In this document: positions 50,322 to 60,790 of the stretch, in pieces
Numbering within the stretch: the stretch's first letter is position 1
Layout: each line of letters opens with the position of its first letter
NCBI GenBank assembly: GCA_038087875.1
Contig: CM075990.1
Span: forward strand, 12,340,001 to 12,404,000
Length of the DNA: 64,000 nucleotides
Direction: 5' to 3'
Origin: Malacoraja senta
Taxonomy: Eukaryota
Translations under genes and position numbers: made by a program
Notes under the pieces: generated by a model
Databases searched by the model: none
What the model saw: the letters and a program-made list of their open reading frames with translations, nothing else
Told to the model about the DNA's origin: nothing

Positions 50322-50854
50322 AGGGCCTGTCCCACTTGGCCGTCATTCGCGCGCCATTTACACGACCTGCTAGCGTGTGGGTGGCGCGTGGGTAGCACGG
50401 GACGGGCGCATGGAGTGGTGCGGAGGAGTGTGGAGTTCGTCCTGAACGAAACCTGTCGCGTAACTGACGGCCAAAGTGGGACAGGCCCATGACACTGGCG
50501 CGGCGCAACGTCTCACCTCCAACAGCAGCAGAAGCAGGCAAACGATCGCCGAGCTCGGCCTGGGGCTCACGGCCGTTGCGGATCCGGATCCGCCCCACTC
50601 CTACTCCCAGAGCGGGGCCAAGATGATTGGAGATAGACACAAAATGCTGAAGTAACTCAGCGGGACCACCAGCATCTCTGGAGTGAAGGAATGGATGATG
50701 TTTCGGGTCGAGACGTCACCCATTGCTTCTCTCCAGAGATGCTGCTGGTCCCGTGCTCCAGACAGCTGTGCGGACGCATGATGACGCGCGCGACCGTCGT
50801 GCATCGGTCACTACCGGCCTGTCGCGTAAATGAAGGCCAAGTGGGACAGGCCCT
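50322..50854. mobile_element. Harbinger-type MITE carrying a nested palindromic Penelope-derived insertion (about 50632-50755)
   Basis: TIRs agggcctgtcccacttggcc / ggccaagtgggacaggccct, plus an extra internal TIR copy at about 50475-50488. Confidence 0.7.
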
Positions 50855-53716
50855 TGACACTTCAAAGCTTCAGGTTGAATAATGGTTGTAGAACCACTTC
50901 CCGTCAGGAGCAGAATAACCTTCTCCATTCTCCGACAGTCCACTTTCAGATTTTTACTGTTCTATTTTGATGGACTTAGTATGTTCTTTTTCCATTCAAT
51001 GTCGATCATTGGGAATTCAGTGTCGACCAAACAAGTGCATTGATCCTTTACCCAATTCAGTTGGTCTGCTGAATGTGATTAATTTCTGCCAACGTGTGAA
51101 ATGTTTGCTCTGCATGTTAGATCTGGCCACTGCTCAGTGGCTGCCTGTTGAAATGTTTAAGCAGACAATATTTAGTGTACAGTCGGTCGTGGCCAGTATC
51201 AGACAAGCAAATAAGCTTGTGCCCTGCACATCTAATTCCTAACACCTGCAGAAAGGCAGCAAAATCTGGGTTGGAGGAGATAGATAACCCAGCAGGCAAG
51301 ACCTGTGGGGCCTTGAGTGGAAAATATAGACACAAGGAACTACAGACATCCAGTTTGTGAGTAGGGAGGAACTGTTGGTGTACACAGAAGATAAACACAA
51401 AATGCTGGAGTAACTCAGCGGGACAGGCAGCATCTCTGGAGGAATAGGTGACGTTTCGGATCGAGTCTGAAGAAAGGTCTCGACCCGAAACATCACCCAT
51501 TCCTTTTCTCCAGAAGTGCTGCCTGACCCGCTGAGTTAGTCAAGCTTTCTGTGTCTGACTTCCCTTTAACTGTAGTTCTCCAGCTCTGGTAATATCCTTG
51601 CACCCTCTCTCTTGTTGCCTTGTCCTGGTCAGTGCATTGATGAGCAATATAAACAGTACCCAAGTTGTGGCCTAACTAATGTTCTCTTCTAATTAATATG
51701 GTTGAAGTATTATTGTTTCAGACCCAACAATGGGGCTTCAAGAGGTGACGAATTTAGTTTATTTCTGAGATACAGCGCGGCAACAGGCCCTTCATCCCAC
51801 CAGGTCCACACCGACCACGATCCCCGCACACCAACACTGTCCTACAAACACTAGGGACAATTTACAATTATACCAAGCCAATTAAACTACACACCTGTAC
51901 GTCTTTGGAGTGTGGGAGGAAACCGGAGCACTCGGAGAAAACCCACGCAGGTCACGGGGAGAACGTACAAACTCCGTACAGACAGCACCCGTAGTCGGGA
52001 TCGAGCCCGGGGTCTCTGCCGCTGTAAGGCAGCAACTCTACCGCTGCGCCACCCTCTAAGTTGGCCAGGCTATAATTGCAGTACAGCACAGAGGGAGCGT
52101 TGCAATGGCAGAGACGCCATGAAGATCAGGAAGTGAAGGCTTCCATGGAACTGGTTAAAAAAAGAGCTGGTCCTTGGTCCTGTGCCCACTACACTTTGCT
52201 TAACAAACATGCCTAAAACATTCTAATTGGTCGTTCATTTGACTTTAAGCCTTTATTGTGTACAAAATGTTCAGCTTAATGACATTGATCTACTTAATGG
52301 TCCCTGTAAGACTTCAAAGTAATTACATTTATGCAAAGTGCTTTGAGACTCTTGAGACCAGCAGATGAATTGCAATGGAAGTAAAAATGTTTTTCTCCTT
52401 TAACTAAATGAACTGGAGTAGACTAATGTTAATGTGATATTTACCATAGTGAGAAAATATGTACATGCATGCACATATTTCCCAAGTAAGTCCTTTGTAC
52501 TCCCCCTTCCCAGTTCTCCGACCAGTCTGACTGTCCCCCTGATTTCATTTTATTGCTGTATGCATCATCGTCAATCTTCCCCGAGCTAACAATGATCTAT
52601 TCTATGTTTTCCTTGACTTTTGTCCCCTTTGATGTCTCATTTTCACACCTTACCCTTCCATATCTCTGTGTCTCCCTCTCCCCTGACTCTCAGTCTGAAG
52701 AAGGGTCTCGACCCAAAACGTCACGCGTTCCTTCTATCCAGAGACACTGCCTGACCCGCCGAGTTACTCCAGCATTTTGTGTCACCCTTTAAGACTTCAG
52801 TGAGGATCCTTCCAGCAATGTAGTCGAAGTGTTTGGAGCGCAAGTCTTTCACTCACTAGCTACTTTTTGTCATGCATCGTAATGTTGACAGTCTTCTTGC
52901 AGTAGAATCAATTCGACACAGTTAAATGATTACTGGTGGTACCGCATCCTGACTCCAATGTTGTTTCAAATGTTCTGACACTCGGCAACCTACCTTTACC
53001 AGAAATCACGATCATTTAAATTTTTAAGACATGGTCATGACTCTGGATTAGTGTACTCAAAATGTGATTGAAGTAGTCATCTTGCACTTATTCCCTGGAG
53101 GTACTGACTCAGTCCTCCGCTAGTTTTGTTAATTCCTTCTGTGGAATATTTTGTTCCACCTAATTCACGGCTTGTGCTGTTTCTGATGATATGCACTGCG
53201 GCGTTTCCTCGGATTAAAAACACCCAGGGGAAAAAAAAGACACAGGATCATAAGTTGCAGGAAGTGCGCAGCTTGTTTTAGCATAACCTCCACAGACCCT
53301 GCCCAAAATATTTGTTATTAATAGAATAAACGGCGCTGCACGGGGGCGCAGCGGTAGAGCTACTGCCTTACAGCGCCACAGACCCGGATTCGATCCTGAC
53401 TACGGGTGCTGTTTGTACGGAGTTTGCACGTTCACCCTGAAGTCTGAAGAAGGGTTTTGACCCGAAATGTCACCCATTCCTTCTCTCCAGAGATGCTGCC
53501 TGTCCTGCTGAGTTACTCCAGCGTTTTGTATCTACCTTTGATTTAAACCAGCATCTGCAGTTCTTTCCAAAGCATCTGCTGTTCCTTCATACACCTAACC
53601 ATTCCAAGAAGTCTTTCCATGGCAAGTACATGCCTTCCTATAAAAGGTGCTTAAACACAGTTGCTCCTGAAACAAACACTTCTTCTTCTTGCGTATGGCT
53701 TGCACAGCCTAAAGTT

Positions 53717-53785
53717 TTTTTTAAATATTTTAAAAAAATATATTTTTATTTTATTAGAAGTAAGTACAATTGTATACAATCATAT
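53717..53785 (-). mobile_element. 69-bp extreme 3' L1-like fragment
   Basis: 17-bp TSD ttgcacagcctaaagtt (53700-53716 and 53786-53802). Shares tttattagaagta with the 54910 element. Confidence 0.75.
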
Positions 53786-54909
53786 TTGCACAGCCTAAAG
53801 TTGTAGAACAACTTGTTCTATTTGATCTTATTTGATTGTGCACGCCGGGTTGATTGCATTCGTGGAAACAGGGCAGACCACATGAAGGTTGCAATCTCCC
53901 GCCCCACACAAACACTCATCTTGTCGAACATTAAAGATCCCCCCATCTGCTATTTGCAATTCTCTATTCTCAATTCAGTTTCCTTTGCCCCAAGCTGCTC
54001 TTTTATGGTGAACAAGTTAGATTCTTGTCCCTGGATAAGATAACGTTGTTGGCGTATTATAAAGGCAGTCAATAAGGTAAACCTGGGAAACATGTGACCA
54101 TTGTGGGGAAAGATCCAAACTCTTCATATAATTATCAGAAATAAATGCAACAGTGAATGTTAGCAAGCATCCTTTACCCAGCGAGGGTGGAATTCTCTAC
54201 CACTTCACGTAACGTGGTGTTGAAAGTTCTTGTAGGTAAGCACGTCGATATGCAGAGAATGGAGGGATATGGAGCATGTACAGGCAGATGCGATTAGTTG
54301 ATCTCGGCATCATGTTCGACAGAGACATTGTGGGCCTGAGGGCTTGTTACTGTGTTGTACTGATCTATGGTCTCTGCTTCATGCAACAGTCTCGTGACTG
54401 ACTACAGCATCTTAGAAACTTCTGCTCTCGAGCATCATTGGAAAGGTCACCCTTTCGTAAATGATACTTGGAAGAGAGAGGAGTGCGGAATCTGCGAACT
54501 GCATTGTGACCCTGACTTCGCTCAACAGAATCTTGGAGATTATTTGTCTTTGCTGCCCTAATAGGTTGGTGTTTTATAAACTATTTCTATTAACCTGCGT
54601 GCCATTGATTCACCCCTTGTGTGTGCTGCAGCACAGATCGACATTCCACTTACCGACCCAGAGTTTAAGGGACAGTTCAACAAACATTTCCCCTCGGATT
54701 TTCAATCGGAAATTGTCTGTAAACTTGCAAAAGGACCGTGTCGTGAACCGGCATCGAGGAGGTGCGGGTAAATTGATCAGAAAGACCCGCACATTTGTGA
54801 ACGAAGCCTCTGTTGACACAGCAGCAAGAAGCAAACCAGGGCTGCCCAGGAGTGTAGTGAGGCCACCTACTGCACACTGATGATGAAACGGGTTGATCGA
54901 CTCAGCCTT

Positions 54910-55509
54910 TTTTTTTTATTTTTTTTTTTAATTTTTTTTTTTTTTTTTAAATTTATTAGAAGTACATTACATTACAACCGCATACATTAGTACTCGTCAT
55001 TTATATCTTCTTACAATTAATGTACTCCATTTATTTTTTATACTAGAAAAGGAAAAGATTTGAAAGAAAGAAGAAAGTGAAGGAAAAAGTGAAAGTGTAG
55101 AAAATGTGACAACAAAAAAGGACGAAGACCCTATAAGAGCAAAATTAAAAACAAAAGAAAAAGAGTTAAGAAATAGGCCCTAGAAAAGAAAGAGAAAGAG
55201 AAAGAGGAAAAAGAGAGAAACAAATATTTTTATGAGCATTACGCAAATGGGACATACCAACTCTTCAACTATCATCCCCCCTTACCTGACCTCAAATTTT
55301 TTTTTTAAGGTACCTTTGCACCCTATATTTGTAATAATTCTATAAATGCAGACCACGTCAGGTGGAAGTGATCTGGTTTACCTGCCAGGAGGAGTCTTAT
55401 CTCTTCAAGGTGTAATGTTTCAAACATATTTGAAATCCACATATTTATAGTTGGTATTGGAGCCTTCTTCCAAAATTTTAGAATTAGCTTTTTTCCAGTT
55501 ATTAACCCA
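54910..55509 (-). mobile_element. 5'-truncated L1-clade LINE (ORF2 C-terminus, 3' UTR and poly-A)
   Basis: 15-bp TSD gatcgactcagcctt (54895-54909 and 55510-55524). Poly-T on +. GKKLILKFWKK-P-INMWISNMFETLHLEEIR...F..TWSAF resembles the ORF2 end of fish L1. Confidence 0.85.
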
Positions 55510-56503
55510 GATCGACTCAGCCTTGTTAAAACCAATTCAGTATTTAGGGGTAGCCAAGCAGCGCAGCGGCAGAGTCGCTGCCTTACAGCCCCACACACCC
55601 GGGTTCGATCCTGACAACCACGGACGCTGTCTGTACAGAGTTTGTGCGTTCTCCTGTGACCACGTGGGTTTTCTCCGGGTGCTCCGGTTTCCTCCCACAT
55701 TCCAAAGACATGAATGTTTGTAGGTTAATTGGCTGCTGTATGTAAATTGTCCCTAATCTGTAGAATAGAATTGGTGTATACCCTGAATTTGTGTTACCAT
55801 GTACTGCAGCACATCATGAGTTGAGAGCCACTGTTTGCGTCTCTTCCTATGAATGTCAATGGAAATAAAAATCAGGAGAGACGAAAATCAGCAAATTGAA
55901 GGGGAAAAGATTTACTCGGAGTCTGAGGAGTAACTTTTTTACACAAAGGGTGGTGGGTGTGTGGAACAAGCTGCCAGAGGTAGTTGAGGCAGGGACTATC
56001 CAACATTTAAGGAACAGTTAGACAGGTACCTGGATAGGACACTGTGTAAGAAGGAACTGCAGATGCTGATTTAAACCAAAGATAGACATGAAAAGGCTGG
56101 AGTAACTCAGCGGGACAGGCAGTATCTCAGGAGAGAAGGAATAGGTGACATTTTGGGTCGAGAAGGGTCTGAAGAAGGATCTCGACCCAAAGCATCACGC
56201 ATTGCTTCTCTCCAGAGAAGCTGCCTGTCCCGCTGAGTTACTCCAGCTTTTTGGATAGGACAGGTTTGGAGGGAAATGGACCAAACGCGGGCAGATCGGA
56301 ATAGTGTAGCTGGGACATGTTGGCTGGTGTAGGCAAGTTGGGCCAAAGGATCTGTTTCCACGCTGTATCACTCTATGACAGGCAGGTAACCTGCGGCATG
56401 TATGAAACAGCCGCTGAGAGTGAAATTGGTCCCTTTTTTACACAAAGAGTGATACGTGCCTGGAACACGCTGCCAGAGGTGGCGGTGGAGGAGGAAACGA
56501 AAG

Positions 56504-56539
56504 AGGTCTGAAGAATGGTCTAGACCCGAAACGTCACCT
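56504..56539 (+). ncRNA. Hammerhead-like motif with a potential 4-bp stem I (AGGT/ACCT)
   Basis: AGGT-CTGAAGA-AT-GGTC(TA)GACC-C-GAAACGTC-ACCT. Confidence 0.6.
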
Positions 56540-58531
56540 ATTCCATATCTCCAGAGATGCTGCCTGACCCGCTGAGTTACTCCAGCACTTTGTGTCAATG
56601 TTGTGCGGCGTTTACAAGGCTTTTAGAGAGGCACGTGGATATACAGGGCATGGAGGAATTGCGGCAGGCAGAGGAGATTAGCTTAACTTGGCATCATGTT
56701 GAGTACATAAATTGTGGGCTGATGGGTATGTACCCATACTGTCCTGTTGTATGTCTTGTTAGCCCACGTCAATCCTGAAGAAGCGCCGAAAAGTGACAAT
56801 TGGACTCACGGCCCGGTTATTGCCCAGATATGTATCCAGATCGCTTCAGAGAGTGACGTGGTTTGACTTGTATTTACCTTGCATGACCAGCTATCGATAA
56901 TCACATTCCCATTGCCATTTTGACTTTGAGTGTAAGCAATTTTCACTGCCATTTAAAATTGCTCCAGGTACCTTTTGTTGGCTGTCAGTTGAGATTATAT
57001 GCTTCCGTTCTTATTTCTCCCTCAAATCCGACCTTCAGGACACTGACTCATTTCAATTCACGTTTAAATGCAGCACATGGCTGGAGTTCAGCTGCTGAAC
57101 AATCTGCCCCTTGGGGTTCCCTCAGCAATACTTACTCCCCCCCCCCCCCCAGATTACAGGGTGCTGAATCACTACTCGCCCTCTGCACCTCCCATCTCAC
57201 ACACACACACGGACTCTACACCCACCTCCACACTTTACCTTCCCACACCCCCCCCCCCCAATCCTTAAAGCCCATCACAAGATCTTACCCCATCCACCTC
57301 CAGCCATCCATCTTTCCATATACAGGTGCATAGATAGGATTGAGTCACAGAGTCATACAGTGTGGAAATAGGCCCTTCGGCCCAACTTGCCCACACCAAA
57401 CCAACATGCCCCATCTACACAAATCCCACCTGCCTGCAGGCACAAAATCCTGGAGTAACTCAGCGGATCAGGCAGCATTTCTCGAGGAAAGCAACAGGTG
57501 ATGCTTCGGGTCAGGCCCAAAATGTCACCTATTCCTTTTCTCCAGCGATGCTGCCTGACCTGCTGAGTTAATCCAGCCTTTTGTGTCCGTCTTCGGTTTA
57601 AACCAGCATCTGCAGTTCCTCGCTACACATCCCACCTGCCCTCTAAACCTGTCCTATCCATGTACCTGTCTAAATGTTACAATAGTCCCTGCCTCAACTA
57701 CCTCCTCTGGCAGGTTGTTCCATACACCCACCAACCTTTGTTGCAAAATATACCCCTCAGATTCCTATTCAATCTTTTCCCCTTCACCTGAAATGAGTGT
57801 CGGAATATTTTTCACGGGGCAGATCTAAAGGGCACATGTCTAATGTGCGAGGAGAAACTTAAAGGAGATCTGACGGGTATGTTTATTCACACTGAGGATG
57901 GTGAATATTGGGAACGAGAAAATGATAAAATTACTTCATGTAAACATTGTTCAGACAAGTACTTGGAAAGGCATCGAGGGAATGAGAAGGAACTGCAGAT
58001 GCTGGTTCATGCCAAAGATAAGACACAAAATGCTGGAATAACTCACCGGGTCAGACAGCATCTCTGGAACAAATGGATGGGTGACATTTCAGATCGGGAC
58101 GGAACGGTGGTGCAGCGGTAGAGTTGCTGCCTTACAGCGAATGCAGCGCCGGAGACCCAGGTTCGATCCCGACTACGGGTGCTGTCTGTACAGAGCTTGT
58201 ACGTTCTCCCCGTGACCTGCGTGGGTTTTCTCCGAGATCTACGGTTTCCTCCCAAACTCCAAAGACGTACAGTTATGTAGGTTAATTGGTGTGGTAAATG
58301 TAAAAATTGTCCCTAGTGGGTAATAGGATAGTGTTAATGTGCGGGGATCGCTGGTCGGCGCGGACCCGGTGAGCTGAAAGGGCACTGTATCTCGAAACTT
58401 CAGACTGCATTCCAAGGAAGGGTCTCGACCCGAAACGTCACCCGTTCCTTCTCTCCAGAGAGCTGCCTGTCCCGCTGAGTTACTCCAGCTTTTTGTGCCT
58501 ATCTTTTGTATTCGGAGGAATGTACGCGTAA

Positions 58532-58850
58532 AGGGCCTGTCCCACTGTACGAGCTAATTCAAGAGTTCGCCCGAGTTTCCCCTGATTCGAACTCGGAGAA
58601 TTACGGTAATAGCCGCTCGTAGGTACTCATGGCTCTCGTGGACATTTTTCAACATGTTGAAAAATCTTCATGAGTCCTCACGAGCTTACCGCGTTTCCCG
58701 AGTACCTGCCGTTAGCGTTACGAGCTGCTAAGAGACGTCCCGAGCTCCGATGTAGCCGCTACGTACATTCTACGTGCTTACCACGAGATTGATTTTTTTT
58801 TTTTTACCTGGGAGAGCTCTTGAATTACCTCGTACAGTGGGACAGCCCCT
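58532..58850. mobile_element. PIF/Harbinger-type MITE (inverted paralogue of 28157-28466)
   Basis: Same TIRs, TAA TSD, and an internal sequence reverse-complementary to the 28157 copy. Confidence 0.85.
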
Positions 58851-60332
58851 TAAAGTGGGCGTGGGATTAATGTAGATAGGCATAACAGTCAGCATGGATA
58901 AAGTTGGGAGGAAATGTTTCTTATGATTCAATTAACTTTCCTCCCCATTTTATTTTACTGGACTGACAGTAGTATTTCAATGGAAATAGTTGTTGAAGTA
59001 TTAGTATGGAATTTGTACCAGGTATGTACGCCCACCACACACAGCTCAAAGGGACAGTTGAAATTCCACCTCCCCATCACGACAAAGAGAATATTCAATT
59101 TCTCCCCGGGTGCTTGTGTGATTCTGTGTCTGGGATTATGGTTCAGTCATTTATGAAGGCCAACTAATTGGATTTCAGAAGTGTGGTTTGTAAAAAGGGA
59201 TTAGTATCCACAAGATAATTGAACAGTTACCTGTCGTTGAGGGGGATGGTTGTCTTGGTTGAGTGAGTACTACTAAATGATGGGTAAATTATGCATGGTC
59301 TTTACAGCCATTGAAAGCTGGATCGTTGCCTGTCGTTTAGGACATATTGTGCTTATTATCGTAGCAAAGTGTAGATTTCACAGCACTGTCGCGGAAGAAA
59401 AAGACCTTTTTCCTGTAATAATCCATCCATTTGAAACATGCCTGGAGTGTTATTTTGGATTTTGTGTATACGTCAGTTTTATCCTCATTAATGGATCCAG
59501 CTCATGTGTTCCTCCACTCCGTGTGGAGGAAGTTCCTGGGACATCTTAAATTTTACATTTTGTAGGGAAAAGGTAAGTAAGGGCAACCGGCATTGGTTCT
59601 GTGGCTTTTGGTTCAGTGATTGAAGCCTCTCCCCTCCACCCCTCCCCTCCTCCCCCTCTCCCCATCTAAAGGACCCGCCCCGCCACCGCCCCACCTCTGG
59701 AATCCCCTCCCCAACCTCTGGGACCATCCACCTCTGGAACCCACTCCCATATCACCCACTGAACCCCCCCCCCCCCCCACCCTTCCCTCTGGAACCCCTC
59801 CTCTTTCCCCAGAATATAGTAAACCTATGGAATTATTTCCCACAAAAGCAGTGGAAGCCAGGTCATTAAATATATATTAACGGAGGAAGGTGATCATGCA
59901 GTGTGGGATAAATATGGCAACAAGGGGAATGAAGCGGATGATCATCTAGAAGGGTGCAATCGGCCTGAGGGGCCCATTGGCCTATGTCTGCTTTTTGCTG
60001 TGTTTCTATGATGTATTCATCCAATTAAACCATAGCTCGGAGGCAATGAATTACATCCGATAGCGAATACTGTCTGGTGTTTCTACATCCTCCCACTCAT
60101 TGTGTCCAAGTGTGAAAGATAACCATAGATTATCGCATTGGAGCTGACGTGTTGTTCTTTGGATGATATTGTTTACTGCACAGCATGAAACATGCTCAGT
60201 ATTACCTAATGCACTCTCCAAAGGCTAATGAACGATGACATTTTTTCCCCGCTGATATTGATTACAGCAGTAGTTAATCTTTTATGACTTTTAATCCCTG
60301 GTTCTTATCACCAAACAAGTCCGTGCACAAGT

Positions 60333-60338
60333 TTTATT
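60333..60338 (-). terminator. Candidate AATAAA polyadenylation signal just after the C10orf105 stop
   Basis: tttatt on + at 60333-60338, 12 nt past the stop codon. Motif only. Confidence 0.3.
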
Positions 60339-60350
60339 GCTGCTGAACCT

Positions 60351-60758
60351 TTACATTTTTGTCGACTCCGCAAGGTCTGAGTCATTCTGGTCCACTTGGC
60401 ACTGAGATGCAGGAGTAGGTTGACGTTGGACGAGGGATCGATTCCGCCTGAAGCTGTTTATCGAGTGCCTCAAGGAACCCAAACGTTTCCACAGTTTTAA
60501 CCGGGGCTCGCTGGCATCCTCGGCGTGGTGGGGCATGCACTCGTAGGGGCCGTAGCGGGAGCTGTCCAGCCCAGCGGGATTGCACAAGGCCACGAAACTG
60601 ACGCACGTGGCCAAGAGAAGGAAGATGGATACCACGGCTATGATGGTTGGCAAAGGGTCTGCTGTGCCGGTCGGCGGTTCGACCCCCCCCTGGGCTTCTG
60701 TGGTTGTCAGAAGAAGTTTAAGCAATACAGTTGTCCCATTTTTGGTCTCTGACGTCAT
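60351..60758 (-). CDS. C10orf105: Uncharacterised single-pass membrane protein C10orf105 orthologue (135 aa), nested antisense in a CDH23 intron
   Basis: Complete ATG-to-TAA ORF. Motifs DPLP..I....IFLLLATC, ECMPHH, SEP.L.LWKRLGSLR and C-terminal ESTKM match my recollection of human C10orf105, which also lies inside CDH23. Splice acceptor (ttttatttacaatccaaatag) 5 nt upstream of the ATG. Confidence 0.92.
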   Translation of the reverse strand: MTSETKNGTTVLLKLLLTTTEAQGGVEPPTGTADPLPTIIAVVSIFLLLATCVSFVALCNPAGLDSSRYGPYECMPHHAEDASEPRLKLWKRLGSLRHSINSFRRNRSLVQRQPTPASQCQVDQNDSDLAESTKM

Positions 60759-60763
60759 TGTTC

Positions 60764-60790
60764 CTATTTGGATTGTAAATAAAAAGACCA
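60764..60790 (-). promoter_or_regulatory. Putative splice acceptor for the C10orf105 coding exon (exon starts at 60763, -5 relative to ATG)
   Basis: The minus strand reads ggtctttttatttacaatccaaatag|gaacaATG. Confidence 0.65.

Noticed and set aside
54877..54890. CTGATGA..GAAAC hammerhead-like boxes
   Set aside because: There is no stem II between the boxes, so it is a chance match.
744..58500. CRISPR-like repeat (palindrome followed by GAAAC)
   Set aside because: The copies are dispersed in both orientations in a vertebrate intron, with no spacer array and no cas genes. A Penelope terminal repeat explains them.
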